Shown: positions 20,094-29,683, counted from the stretch's first letter. The stretch is DNA of 47,353 bases from Promethearchaeota archaeon (GCA_016839585.1 JAEOTZ010000025.1:1-47353), one strand, 5' to 3'. Made by a program: numbers and translations. The notes: generated by a model not told the origin, from the sequence alone.

Positions 20094-20159
20094 TTCAGGT
20101 TAAAAATTTTATTTTAAATATATTAATAAATATCAGAAAATATAAGGAGAGGAATAAAA

Positions 20160-21440
20160 ATTAGTAAAAGAATTAAACCCGGAAAAGTTCGAGAGAAATG
20201 GACCGATATTTTACCACGTTATCTTACTTTTATCAGCCACATGAAACCAATATTGAGGGAAACTCGTAGAATTATAATAGAATTAATCAAAGAAGATCCA
20301 GTCTTGTTATTATCTCCTGCTATATTAAACAGTGTTCGCGAAAAAGAAGAGAAGAGAAATATCCGCAAAGTTAGAGCTTTATCTGAATTTTCTGCGTTAT
20401 ATAGGTCGAATATCTATGAAATTATGAATGAATTTATTGAGGAGTTTAAAGCTAAACTTACTCCACAATTGCTGGCTGATTATATAATTGACCATCTAAA
20501 GGAATCTATTGAAGCTTTAAATATTCTATTAAAAATAACTAATCCAGATCAGAATAATTTCCAAAATACATATTTACAACGTTTAGTAAAGTATATTGAG
20601 GATAGATTATTCCCGAAAGGAGCGAGTATACAAATTATATATCAAAACCTATTAAACCAGTCGAAAGATTTCTTCGAATGTCAACGACACTTACTTCAGC
20701 CTCATACCTTTTATCGAGAAAAATTAGAAAATCCCGATTATTTTGTAATTCCGGGAAATTCTCCTAAGATTTATCAAATAATCAACAATATAACATCCTT
20801 TTATAACTTAGATCCTAACTATGGAGTTTTTCCGGAGAGACCAGCGTATGAAATACCAATGATCTTAAAAAATGAAGTGTTTGAGCCATATATTGATTCA
20901 ATCGCTAAGACTGAGCAGGAAGCAGTCGAAAAAGTTGTTGATAAAATCGGTCTACGCATAATAGATGATCTCTTTTTAGCACCCCAAGAAGCTTTTATCG
21001 ATATATTAATGTCTAACAATTTTTTAAGACCTGCTGTACAACCTAGTGGTAAAATAAGATATATCCCTCAATTTAGCAACGAAACTCTGATTCTATATTA
21101 TTTAGCTTTTGCGTCCATGAGACGAGGCTTTTTATCTAAAGAATTGATCAATTGGATCGCTATGAACTTTGCTCTTTTAATATATATGGGTATTTTAAAA
21201 TGGAAATTATCAGACGACAATATATTCTACAAAATCTTTAAAGATTTGCAAACTAACGAAAAAATTTTACCTTACTTAATGAAATTAATCTGTTTTCCAA
21301 ATTATTTGGGAATGGATAAAATGAAGATTAGGGATAGTGTCCAATATAGAAAGGAAATTTTCAATTTTATTGGATCACAGATCGATAATCTAAAAACATT
21401 GATTGAAGAAATCGCAATTTTTTTAGATACTGCACCATAA
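20160..21440 (+). CDS. Hypothetical helical protein; probable ATT start upstream of the tracked ATG at 20241
   Basis: Frame is open from ATT 20160 (ISKRIKPGKVREKWTDILPRYLTFISHM...), with AAGGAGAGG 7 nt upstream. Confidence 0.7.
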   Translation: MSKRIKPGKVREKWTDILPRYLTFISHMKPILRETRRIIIELIKEDPVLLLSPAILNSVREKEEKRNIRKVRALSEFSALYRSNIYEIMNEFIEEFKAKLTPQLLADYIIDHLKESIEALNILLKITNPDQNNFQNTYLQRLVKYIEDRLFPKGASIQIIYQNLLNQSKDFFECQRHLLQPHTFYREKLENPDYFVIPGNSPKIYQIINNITSFYNLDPNYGVFPERPAYEIPMILKNEVFEPYIDSIAKTEQEAVEKVVDKIGLRIIDDLFLAPQEAFIDILMSNNFLRPAVQPSGKIRYIPQFSNETLILYYLAFASMRRGFLSKELINWIAMNFALLIYMGILKWKLSDDNIFYKIFKDLQTNEKILPYLMKLICFPNYLGMDKMKIRDSVQYRKEIFNFIGSQIDNLKTLIEEIAIFLDTAP

Positions 21441-21460
21441 TTTTTATAAAAGGATGAGAA

Positions 21461-22699
21461 ATGATGAGTGAAAATAAATATTCGGATGAAGATATAGTTT
21501 TAAAACTAAGTAAATTTGGAACAGTTTATTTATACAAACAAATAACTGACGATAAAACTAATATCAAAGGAAATGCGAATCAAAAAGAAAGAATAAATGA
21601 TTTTTTTAAAGCTTTAGTTAAATTTGAACAATTCGCTGAGAAATTAAAAAGTACAACTTTATTTCCAAATTTAACTTTACTTCTATATGGACCTCCTGGG
21701 ACTGGTAAAACCTCATTAATTAGAGCTTATGCTAGAGAATATAAAATAAATGTATGTGTGGTCGAATCTGATCGATTAGTATCTTCTCTTTTAGGTGAAA
21801 CTGTAGATAATATTCGTAACGCTGTAGAAACGGCTATGGATATCGCAAAAAAAAATGGACCATTCATATTGTTTTTTGACGAAATTGATGCAATTGGTTC
21901 TGAGCGTTCAAATGTTCATGAAGTAGGGGAAATTAAACGTGCAGTAATATCCTTTTTACAAACTATTGATAGGATTAGTTATGAAGGTGTACCATTAGGG
22001 ATTATTGGAGCAACGAATCATCAGCAACAACTCGATTCAGCAATTTGGCGACGTTTTACCTTTCATCTTGAGTTCGACTTCCCTGATTTTGAGTTAAGAG
22101 AAGAAATTATAAAATCCTTTATAGAAAGAATTACATTTGCTGGGTTAATGATTGAATATAATACAATTGAAAATGAATTGCAGAAGGAACTTATTAAGAT
22201 TAATTCAATTGCTGAAGATCTGCAAGAAACTCAACAAATTAGTTCAGAGGATATGATAATTAAAAGAGTAAGAGAACTAGATGAAAACAAATTAATAACT
22301 TTAACCTATGGTTATTCGGGATCAGATATAGAGAGAGGTATAAGAGTAGCATTAATTAAATCAATTGGAGAAAATAAACCAATGACATATAAGATGTTAT
22401 ATGATTCTTTAAAACTTGTGGGTGGTACTGCTACTCATGTAGAAAGACAAGAGTTATTATCAAGTCCAACAACTATAGATTTATCACATGAAGGAAATAA
22501 ATTATTAGGAACTTTTAGGGAAAATTTTAATGAGGAGGAATTTCAAGAATATTTATCAAATATAATTAAAATTTTTGAAAATATACATAATATTTTTGAA
22601 AAAAATACCAATTTAATAGAAAAATCAAGAAAATCTAAAAATCCTGAGGCTAAATTCTATAGTATTATAGAAAAATTATATAAATTAAAGAATGGATAA
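21461..22699 (+). CDS. Single-domain classical AAA+ ATPase
   Basis: GPPGTGKT, SSLLGET, FFDEID, EVGEIKR, GATNHQQQLDSAIWRRF, GYSGSDI. Confidence 0.95.
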   Translation: MMSENKYSDEDIVLKLSKFGTVYLYKQITDDKTNIKGNANQKERINDFFKALVKFEQFAEKLKSTTLFPNLTLLLYGPPGTGKTSLIRAYAREYKINVCVVESDRLVSSLLGETVDNIRNAVETAMDIAKKNGPFILFFDEIDAIGSERSNVHEVGEIKRAVISFLQTIDRISYEGVPLGIIGATNHQQQLDSAIWRRFTFHLEFDFPDFELREEIIKSFIERITFAGLMIEYNTIENELQKELIKINSIAEDLQETQQISSEDMIIKRVRELDENKLITLTYGYSGSDIERGIRVALIKSIGENKPMTYKMLYDSLKLVGGTATHVERQELLSSPTTIDLSHEGNKLLGTFRENFNEEEFQEYLSNIIKIFENIHNIFEKNTNLIEKSRKSKNPEAKFYSIIEKLYKLKNG

Positions 22700-22755
22700 T
22701 GTTCTATTAATCAAAATTTAAAAAAATATTTTTCAAAATAAAGAAATGGTTAAAA

Positions 22756-22893
22756 ATGTCAGAAAAGAAAAAAATAAAAGAGGATATTATTAAACAAATT
22801 GATGTTTCAGTTAAGAATGGTCTAGATGAATATGCTTTCCTTGAAAAATTTGAAGAGAAATTAAAAAGATATTTAGAAGGGAGACTAAAATGA
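22756..22893 (+). CDS. Small 45-aa helical protein (not in ORF track)
   Basis: MSEKKKIKEDIIKQIDVSVKNGLDEYAFLEKFEEKLKRYLEGRLK; stop overlaps the SMC-like start as ATGA. Confidence 0.65.
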   Translation: MSEKKKIKEDIIKQIDVSVKNGLDEYAFLEKFEEKLKRYLEGRLK

Positions 22894-24824
22894 AGGCTAC
22901 ATTAAAAATTGAGAATATTGGTCAAAAATTAGGACCACAAACATTAAGTTTCAATAGCGGAGTAGTAACATTAATACAAGGAAGAACTGCAGCGGGAAAG
23001 AGCAGAATTATAAAATCCTTCGCTTTGGCATTATCTTATCCTATTAAATCAGAGGTTTTAATCGAAGAAGGAATTAATTTCGGCATTCTTAAAGGCGGAG
23101 AAGCAGAATATTTGCCTTTAGTAAACTCAAGTAAGGAAATTGCTAATATTGAGTTACTATATGACGATGTGAATAGAAAAGTAGAATTATTTAGGGATGG
23201 AAAAATAGAAATTAATACACCTGGAAACCAAAAATTTTTGTATTCTAGTATGCTTGTGAAAAACTCAAGAATTCACAACTATATTACTAGAGGAAACGCT
23301 GATTTTAAGTGGATCGTTGATGAAATGTCGCTTGCAAAAGATTATGAAAAAATATTAGCAAGTATAGATTACCAAATAAAGGATTTAAAATCAAAAGAAG
23401 AAGAAATTGATCAGAAAAAAGAACTAATTGAAAAAAAAGACAAAGAGAAAAAAGAAAAAGAATCAGAGCAAAAAAGATTATTGATTAAACTAAAAGAGAA
23501 AGACGATGAAATCGGGAATTATAAGTTTGATCCAAAGATAATTAAAGAAGAGAATAAAATTTCAAAGGAACTTGACAACGTTAGAAAAGCTTTGAAGGAA
23601 GAATTAGACACTAGAAATAATTACGAGAAAGAAATAGGAGCTTTTAAAAAAAAGGTAGATGTTGACAAATTAATTGAAGAAATAAAAAATAAGCAAAAGG
23701 AAAAGGAGAAAGAAGCAAATAATTTAAAGGAAACTAAGGTTGAAGATCTTCAAAAAGAAATTATAAAAATTCAGGACTCAAAAAGTAAGGAAGAGCAAGA
23801 GAAAGTTAAATATGAAACAAGAAAACAACTTTGGGAAATGGTGAAAATTGAAGAAGGAAATAAATGTCCATTATGTCTATCAGTAGGTAAAATTACTAAA
23901 GAAGATAAAAAATTAAAGATCGATGAGTATAATAAGTATATTAAGGAACACCAATTAAAGGTTAAAGAATTGGCTGTGCAGATTAATAAAAAACAGGATG
24001 AAATCAATAAAAAAGCTAAATTACCTGAAATTGAAAAAGAAATTTCAAAAATCACTAATCAACTAAAACACATAATAGATGAATCAGAAGAGTCAAAATT
24101 AAAAATTACCCAAATATCATTAAAGATTAAATCTAGTGGCCCTAGAATAAAAAGTTATAATGAAGATATTGGTAAATGCGAGAAGAATTTAGCTGCAATT
24201 CAATTAAAAAAACAAGAAGATGTAAAATACCAGAAATTGAAAAATGAAAAGAGTAAAATTGATCAAAGTATAGGAAGCATTAAAGAACAACTAGATAAAA
24301 TTGAAAAAACAATTAATGACGCAAAAAGTATTGAAGCATACGAAGTTAAAATTAATGATCTAGATATAGCTAAAAATATTATAGAGGAACTATTAGACAT
24401 TCTAAATGAAACTAGAAATCATCTGGATAAAAAAATTACTGAACAACGGGTGGGTGCGGCAAAGAAGTTTAATAGTTCAACAGAAAATCTAATTAGGGAA
24501 CTTAAATTTGATACATTTAAAGAAATTTATTTGGATTTAAATGATTATAGGTTAAAAATAATTGGTAATAATGATGATACACAAGAACTTAGTTCTGTTA
24601 GTGGTGGTGAAAAGGCGATAATATCATCTCTTTTACAAATTAGCGCTAAAGAAACATATCTCTCGGAAGTACCCTTTTTAATAGGTGATGAGATTATCCT
24701 AGACCTTGATTCCGAGCGCAGTGAGATTTTCCTAAATTACCTAAAAAAAATCGCAAAGGAAAAAGATTGGTTTATAATACTTACTCAAATAAATAATGAA
24801 GATTTAACCATTACCGAGCTTTAA
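22890..24824 (+). CDS. Short SMC/Rad50-like ABC ATPase (archaea-specific SMC-related, Sph-like) with zinc hook
   Basis: IENIG, Walker A GRTAAGKS, coiled coils with central CPLC, signature VSGGEK, Walker B PFLIGDE..LD. Confidence 0.9.
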   Translation: MKATLKIENIGQKLGPQTLSFNSGVVTLIQGRTAAGKSRIIKSFALALSYPIKSEVLIEEGINFGILKGGEAEYLPLVNSSKEIANIELLYDDVNRKVELFRDGKIEINTPGNQKFLYSSMLVKNSRIHNYITRGNADFKWIVDEMSLAKDYEKILASIDYQIKDLKSKEEEIDQKKELIEKKDKEKKEKESEQKRLLIKLKEKDDEIGNYKFDPKIIKEENKISKELDNVRKALKEELDTRNNYEKEIGAFKKKVDVDKLIEEIKNKQKEKEKEANNLKETKVEDLQKEIIKIQDSKSKEEQEKVKYETRKQLWEMVKIEEGNKCPLCLSVGKITKEDKKLKIDEYNKYIKEHQLKVKELAVQINKKQDEINKKAKLPEIEKEISKITNQLKHIIDESEESKLKITQISLKIKSSGPRIKSYNEDIGKCEKNLAAIQLKKQEDVKYQKLKNEKSKIDQSIGSIKEQLDKIEKTINDAKSIEAYEVKINDLDIAKNIIEELLDILNETRNHLDKKITEQRVGAAKKFNSSTENLIRELKFDTFKEIYLDLNDYRLKIIGNNDDTQELSSVSGGEKAIISSLLQISAKETYLSEVPFLIGDEIILDLDSERSEIFLNYLKKIAKEKDWFIILTQINNEDLTITEL

Positions 24825-24922
24825 TTATTATATATAATCATTAAAAAAAATATATTAAATTATAACGTTAAAGAATAAAAGATCTGTAATTTTATATTTG
24901 TATAAATAAAAATTGAGATTAT

Positions 24923-25393
24923 ATGTTGGAATTTAGACCGAATTTAATCTTGGTAATAATTGACTTTAAGTACGAATCTAATAAGAAAATAGAAGAAAGT
25001 GGAACGCAAGTAAGTAATAAAGGCGTGCCTAATGAGATTAGAAGAGCATTTTTGGGAGAAAAGAAAGGAAGTCCAAATATTCCAAAAAAAATGCAGGAAA
25101 TGGCAGGAACAACTGAATCCATTATTTTTCCTATACATTTTTCATTAATCAAAAAACCTATTAAAGTTGGGACTAGGTTTAGAAACACAGGCGTTGGGGC
25201 GATGATATTATATGAATACTTTGGGTTATTTCAAGATTTTAACGACTTTTTAAAAGATTTTGACAATTTTCTTAAAAATAAGATCTTTTCTAAAGAATTA
25301 GATGAGAAAGGTAAAGGAAAATATTCCTATAGCTTATCTTGTTCGGATTATAAAATAATTGTTGGAAAGGACTGGCAAGAAATTAGAGAATGA
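24923..25393 (+). CDS. Small hypothetical protein, paralog A (ferredoxin-like fold pattern)
   Basis: Shares NEIRRAFLG.K..SPNIPK, HF.L.KKP, VGA.I.YEY.GL.QDF and YK.I.GK.W with 26873..27283. Confidence 0.85.
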   Translation: MLEFRPNLILVIIDFKYESNKKIEESGTQVSNKGVPNEIRRAFLGEKKGSPNIPKKMQEMAGTTESIIFPIHFSLIKKPIKVGTRFRNTGVGAMILYEYFGLFQDFNDFLKDFDNFLKNKIFSKELDEKGKGKYSYSLSCSDYKIIVGKDWQEIRE

Positions 25394-25435
25394 AAAATCA
25401 AAAAACTTAAATCTTGGAATCCAAGAATTATATAT

Positions 25436-26809
25436 ATGATAACTGAATTTAAAGAACGGGAAGCTATCAATCTTTTAAAAAAACTAAAAAAAAAGACTTG
25501 TGTATGTTATTCGGGGGGTAAAGATAGCTTAGTTGCTTTAGATTTATCGATTAAAAGTGGGATTTCCGATGTTGTTTTCTGTGATACTACCATTGAGTTC
25601 CAACAAACTTTAGATAATATTGAGGAAATAGAATATTTTTATGGTATAAACATCACTAGAGTTTCAGCACCCAGACCCTTCTTTGATTTGGTATATGATA
25701 TGGGTTTTCCCACAAGAGCATTGAGATGGTGCTGTAAAGTTTATAAATTTTCACCTTTCGAAGAATATGCCAGAAAAAACGGAATTCAAGCATATATAAC
25801 AGGTTTAAGAAAAGAAGAAAACTCTAAAAGAAAATCTTACAAAATGGATGATAAAAATCATTTCTTTAATTCAAATCAGATAAATCCCATCTTAAATTGG
25901 TCAGAAGATGATATATGGACATATATTCATAAATATAATCTTCCCAGTAATCCCTTATATGACTTAGGATTTAAGAGAATAGGTTGTTGGCCATGTCCTT
26001 TTAAATCCCGAGAGGAATGGAAATTAATTGAAAAAAATTTTCCTAAAAAATACGTTTTACTTCAAAAAACTCTTAAGAATATTCTAAAAGATTGTGAGGG
26101 TATTGGAATAAGAGATTTAAACGATTTTATAACTAATTTCAAATGGGCTGGTTATATGAGACCTCAAAATACCGAATTAAAGGGGAAAATTGAAGTTTCT
26201 TCTAAAATGACGATGATTCACCTCCAAAATTTTGAACAATTAGAAAGGGTAAAAAATGTGATTCCAATCCTATCTAAGGATTTTGAAGTTGTAAGAAATT
26301 CTATTATTATCAAAAAAAAATTACGAAGACAAAGCGTAAAAATCTTAACTGAAAAAGCCATAAATTGCGTTGGTTGCGGTGCCTGTGTTGCATTATGTGA
26401 TTCTCTTAGACTTAGGGAAAGGCATTTAATAGTTGATAAAGAAACGTGCACATCTTGCTCCCGTTGTATTAAAACTGATAAAATGAGAGGTGCATGTATC
26501 AAGAGAAATTTCTCTCCTTTTCGTTATACTGTAGCATCATGTCAAGATAAATTGATAGAGACTAAAGATATATTATTAAATCCAAGTTCTCGAGTAGGTT
26601 TAATTAGAACTCGAAAAAGTTTAGAAATTATTGAAGAAAAGTTTAAAATAATAGCAGAAATAAAAAAAACCAACGAGTTATTAATCATAAATAATAAAGA
26701 ATTCAAAGCATTTGCTTATAAATCTAAAGGATTAGTGGAAATAAAATTCTGTCCGAAGAACGATAATTTAGAAAAAGTTATGAACTATTATAGGAAGATT
26801 ATGGCATAG
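25436..26809 (+). CDS. PAPS-reductase-family (CysH/DndC superfamily) protein with 4Fe-4S dicluster domain
   Basis: PP-loop YSGGKDS, RWCCKVYK, GLRKEE..R, NPILNWS, RIGCWPCP; CVGCGACVALC...CTSCSRC. Confidence 0.92.
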   Translation: MITEFKEREAINLLKKLKKKTCVCYSGGKDSLVALDLSIKSGISDVVFCDTTIEFQQTLDNIEEIEYFYGINITRVSAPRPFFDLVYDMGFPTRALRWCCKVYKFSPFEEYARKNGIQAYITGLRKEENSKRKSYKMDDKNHFFNSNQINPILNWSEDDIWTYIHKYNLPSNPLYDLGFKRIGCWPCPFKSREEWKLIEKNFPKKYVLLQKTLKNILKDCEGIGIRDLNDFITNFKWAGYMRPQNTELKGKIEVSSKMTMIHLQNFEQLERVKNVIPILSKDFEVVRNSIIIKKKLRRQSVKILTEKAINCVGCGACVALCDSLRLRERHLIVDKETCTSCSRCIKTDKMRGACIKRNFSPFRYTVASCQDKLIETKDILLNPSSRVGLIRTRKSLEIIEEKFKIIAEIKKTNELLIINNKEFKAFAYKSKGLVEIKFCPKNDNLEKVMNYYRKIMA

Positions 26810-26872
26810 AAGAGTTTAAAAAAGTTTTTACAATATATATTTTAAGATAAAGATAAAATTTAATGAATTCCT

Positions 26873-27283
26873 ATGGTTTCAGATTATATCATAATAATAA
26901 TAGAATTTCAATATGATACACAAAAAGAAAGGACAGTTTCTAATGAAATTCGAAGAGCTTTTTTAGGGCTTAAGAGATCAAGTCCAAATATTCCTAAAAA
27001 CATCCAAGAAATCCTTAACTCTTCGCATCTACTTTTAAACCCCGTCCATTTCGCACTGCTTAAAAAACCAGAAAAGATTAAAATAACGGAAACCAAATTC
27101 AAATTGAAAAATCCCGCAGTCGGAGCTGTAATAATTTATGAATATATTGGTTTATCTCAAGATTTTGAGACTTTTATAAAATTTTTTAATAAATATCTAA
27201 AGGATTTATTTAAAGAAAAAAAACAATATTATTTGAAGAACTGTAGTTCTTACAAACTTATCATTGGAAAAAATTGGGAATAG
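26873..27283 (+). CDS. Small hypothetical protein, paralog B
   Basis: Colinear similarity to 24923..25393. Confidence 0.85.
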   Translation: MVSDYIIIIIEFQYDTQKERTVSNEIRRAFLGLKRSSPNIPKNIQEILNSSHLLLNPVHFALLKKPEKIKITETKFKLKNPAVGAVIIYEYIGLSQDFETFIKFFNKYLKDLFKEKKQYYLKNCSSYKLIIGKNWE

Positions 27284-27292
27284 AAGAATAAG

Positions 27293-27961
27293 TTGGTTCT
27301 TATCACAATTTCTCAAGATTTGATCTGTTTTTTTCAAGAAAAGATTTTGCAATGGGTCGAAAATAATCTTGAAAAATATCCTTGGCGTCAAAATCGGACA
27401 CCTTACAGAGTTTTGATAAGCGAGATCCTATTAACTAGGACAAATGTAGCTCAAGTAATTCCTGTATACACAAAATTTATAAAAAAGTATCCGAATTTAG
27501 ATGATTTTCTTGAAACTAGCTATGAAATATTGTCGAAATTAATTTCAAGCTTAGGTTTATTATATCGAGCTAAAAAAATGGTAGATTTAATCAAAATTAT
27601 TAAAGAAGAGTATGACATGAAAATTCCTAAAACATTTAAAGCATTAAAGCATCTTCCGGGGATTGGTGAATACGGAGCAAATGCGATATTATGTTTTGGT
27701 TATAACAAAAGGGAAGGTTTAATTGATACAAATTTTGTTAGAATCTTCAGTCGATTTTTTAATGCTAAATCAAAAACAAAGACGCCAAAAACGGATAAGT
27801 TTTTATGGAGTTTTTCTAAAGAAATTGTCCCTGAGAAAAATTATATCTCATATAATTATGGAGTTATAGATTTTGCAAATAAAATCTGTTCAAGTAGGAA
27901 ACCGAGATGTAATTCTTGTATTTTAAAAGAACTATGCTTTTATTACAATCAACATTTCTGA
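27293..27961 (+). CDS. HhH-GPD DNA glycosylase, MIG-type G:T/U mismatch (MutY-related)
   Basis: YPWR..PYRVLISEILLTRT, HhH LPGIGEY, IDTNFVR, FeS motif C-x6-C-x2-C-x5-C; adjacent to a C5 MTase. Confidence 0.88.
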   Translation: MVLITISQDLICFFQEKILQWVENNLEKYPWRQNRTPYRVLISEILLTRTNVAQVIPVYTKFIKKYPNLDDFLETSYEILSKLISSLGLLYRAKKMVDLIKIIKEEYDMKIPKTFKALKHLPGIGEYGANAILCFGYNKREGLIDTNFVRIFSRFFNAKSKTKTPKTDKFLWSFSKEIVPEKNYISYNYGVIDFANKICSSRKPRCNSCILKELCFYYNQHF

Positions 27962-28003
27962 ATTCAGGATTATGAATTAATTTTTATTGAATGATAAACA
28001 GAT

Positions 28004-29641
28004 TTGTTTTTAAGATTTAAATCCTATATAATAAGAAGAAAAATGATGAATAGGTTTAAATGGAAGAACAATATTTATTTGGAAGATAATTCTGGTTATT
28101 TTAAAAAGAGACAATTTAGGATTCAGGAAGAAATTTCTGAAGTATCGTTCCAAAGAGCATATAAAAATTATAAAAAATTTAAAGAGAAAGTTGACAAATT
28201 TAATAGCGCTCAAATAATAAAGCTAAAAAAAACAATTAGTTTGCTGGAAAAATCCTCAAAAAAAACAGTACTTGATCTCTTTTGTGGTGCTGGAGGGTTA
28301 AGCCTTGGATTTGAAAAAGCCGGATTTGAAGTTGTTTTAGCAATTGATAAAGATTTTTCCGCTTGCCAAACTTATAATTTCAATTTTGAAAAAACTGCAG
28401 TATTATGCTTAGATTTAACTGAATTAGAAGTAAAACCGAATTGCTTAGAGAAGAAACTTGGAGTTGATAATTTAAAATTCGATATGATAATTGGTTCTCC
28501 ACCATGTCAAGGTTTTTCTCTTATTTCAAGATCTAAAATAAGATCATTAATCCAAAACAATACTTGGAATGATCCTGAATTAATTAAAGACGAAATTCAT
28601 TATAATAAAGACACCCACTGGTTTTATAATGATCCTAGAAATATCCTCTATAAAAAATTTCTAAATTATGTTAATTACTTTAAACCTCTCATTTTTGTAA
28701 TAGAAAACGTACCAGGTATGAAATCTTACCATAATGGCAGAATATTAACACAGATTAAATTAGATTTTGAAGATATAGGTTATTCGATTCAAAATAAAAT
28801 TCTTAATTCTGTTGACTTTAATGTACCTCAAAAAAGAAAACGACTTTTTTTTATTGGAGTAAATTGTGAATCTAAAACAAACGCAAGAAGAAGAAATAAG
28901 TATGTTCAGATTTCAAAACAAAAAGCTTTAGACTTGTATCTTGAATTTGATACTAAAAAATCTTATCCGCCACCTTTTAAATTTCCCAATGGATTATCAA
29001 AATACAAAATTTTAGATAAAAAAATTATAACGGTCAGGGATGCTATTGGAGATTTGAATGAAATAACAACTTTTGGTGAGGAAGTACCTTATAATCTAAA
29101 TACTCTTAAAAATGATTATTTAAAACTCTTGAGAAAAAATGTCAAGGAAAAAAAAATTAATAACTTTAAACCAAGAGACATGGTCAAAAGAGACAAGGAA
29201 ATATTTCGATTTTTAGAGCAAGGAGATAAATATAAGGATTTACCAAAAAATATAAGAGATTTTTATTATAATAAGCAGTCAAAAAAAAATGAAAAAAATA
29301 ACATTCAAAAAATCATTAATTCAAAAATTAAGGAATGTATGCCTTATGGAGATGGTAAAAAATTTGGTGATAAATTGAAAAGGTTAATCTGGGATGAATC
29401 GTCTTGGACACTAGTTGCTCATATTTATAAGGATGGCTATATGTATATACATCCTGAACAAGATAGAACTATAAGTGTAAGGGAAGCAGCAAGATTACAA
29501 TCATTTCCTGACTCTTTTATTTTTATGTCTAGCCGTACTAATCAATTTAAACATGTAGGGAATGCTGTTCCTCCCTTAATGAGCCAAGTCTTAGCAAATC
29601 ATCTACTGGATTATTTTGAGTCTCAAAAAAATCAGAAATAA
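28004..29641 (+). CDS. DNA (cytosine-5) methyltransferase
   Basis: Motifs DLFCGAGG, GSPPCQGFS, ENVPG, PQKRKR, REAARLQSFPD, VGNAVPP; start may be the ATG near 28043. Confidence 0.97.
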   Translation: MFLRFKSYIIRRKMMNRFKWKNNIYLEDNSGYFKKRQFRIQEEISEVSFQRAYKNYKKFKEKVDKFNSAQIIKLKKTISLLEKSSKKTVLDLFCGAGGLSLGFEKAGFEVVLAIDKDFSACQTYNFNFEKTAVLCLDLTELEVKPNCLEKKLGVDNLKFDMIIGSPPCQGFSLISRSKIRSLIQNNTWNDPELIKDEIHYNKDTHWFYNDPRNILYKKFLNYVNYFKPLIFVIENVPGMKSYHNGRILTQIKLDFEDIGYSIQNKILNSVDFNVPQKRKRLFFIGVNCESKTNARRRNKYVQISKQKALDLYLEFDTKKSYPPPFKFPNGLSKYKILDKKIITVRDAIGDLNEITTFGEEVPYNLNTLKNDYLKLLRKNVKEKKINNFKPRDMVKRDKEIFRFLEQGDKYKDLPKNIRDFYYNKQSKKNEKNNIQKIINSKIKECMPYGDGKKFGDKLKRLIWDESSWTLVAHIYKDGYMYIHPEQDRTISVREAARLQSFPDSFIFMSSRTNQFKHVGNAVPPLMSQVLANHLLDYFESQKNQK

Positions 29642-29683
29642 TATAGTACTATTCATTTAATTTGTTATAAACCAAATTATTAT

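Noticed and set aside
22890-24824. Calling this Rad50, condensin Smc or DndD
   Set aside because: No adjacent Mre11, no hinge domain, atypical Walker A; no DndB/E recognisable
25436-26809. Assimilatory cysH
   Set aside because: No sat, cysC or sulfite-reductase context; cannot be excluded but is unsupported
24923-27283. Cas2 or CRISPR assignment for the twin proteins
   Set aside because: No repeat-spacer array or cas1 in the window; only a fold-level guess
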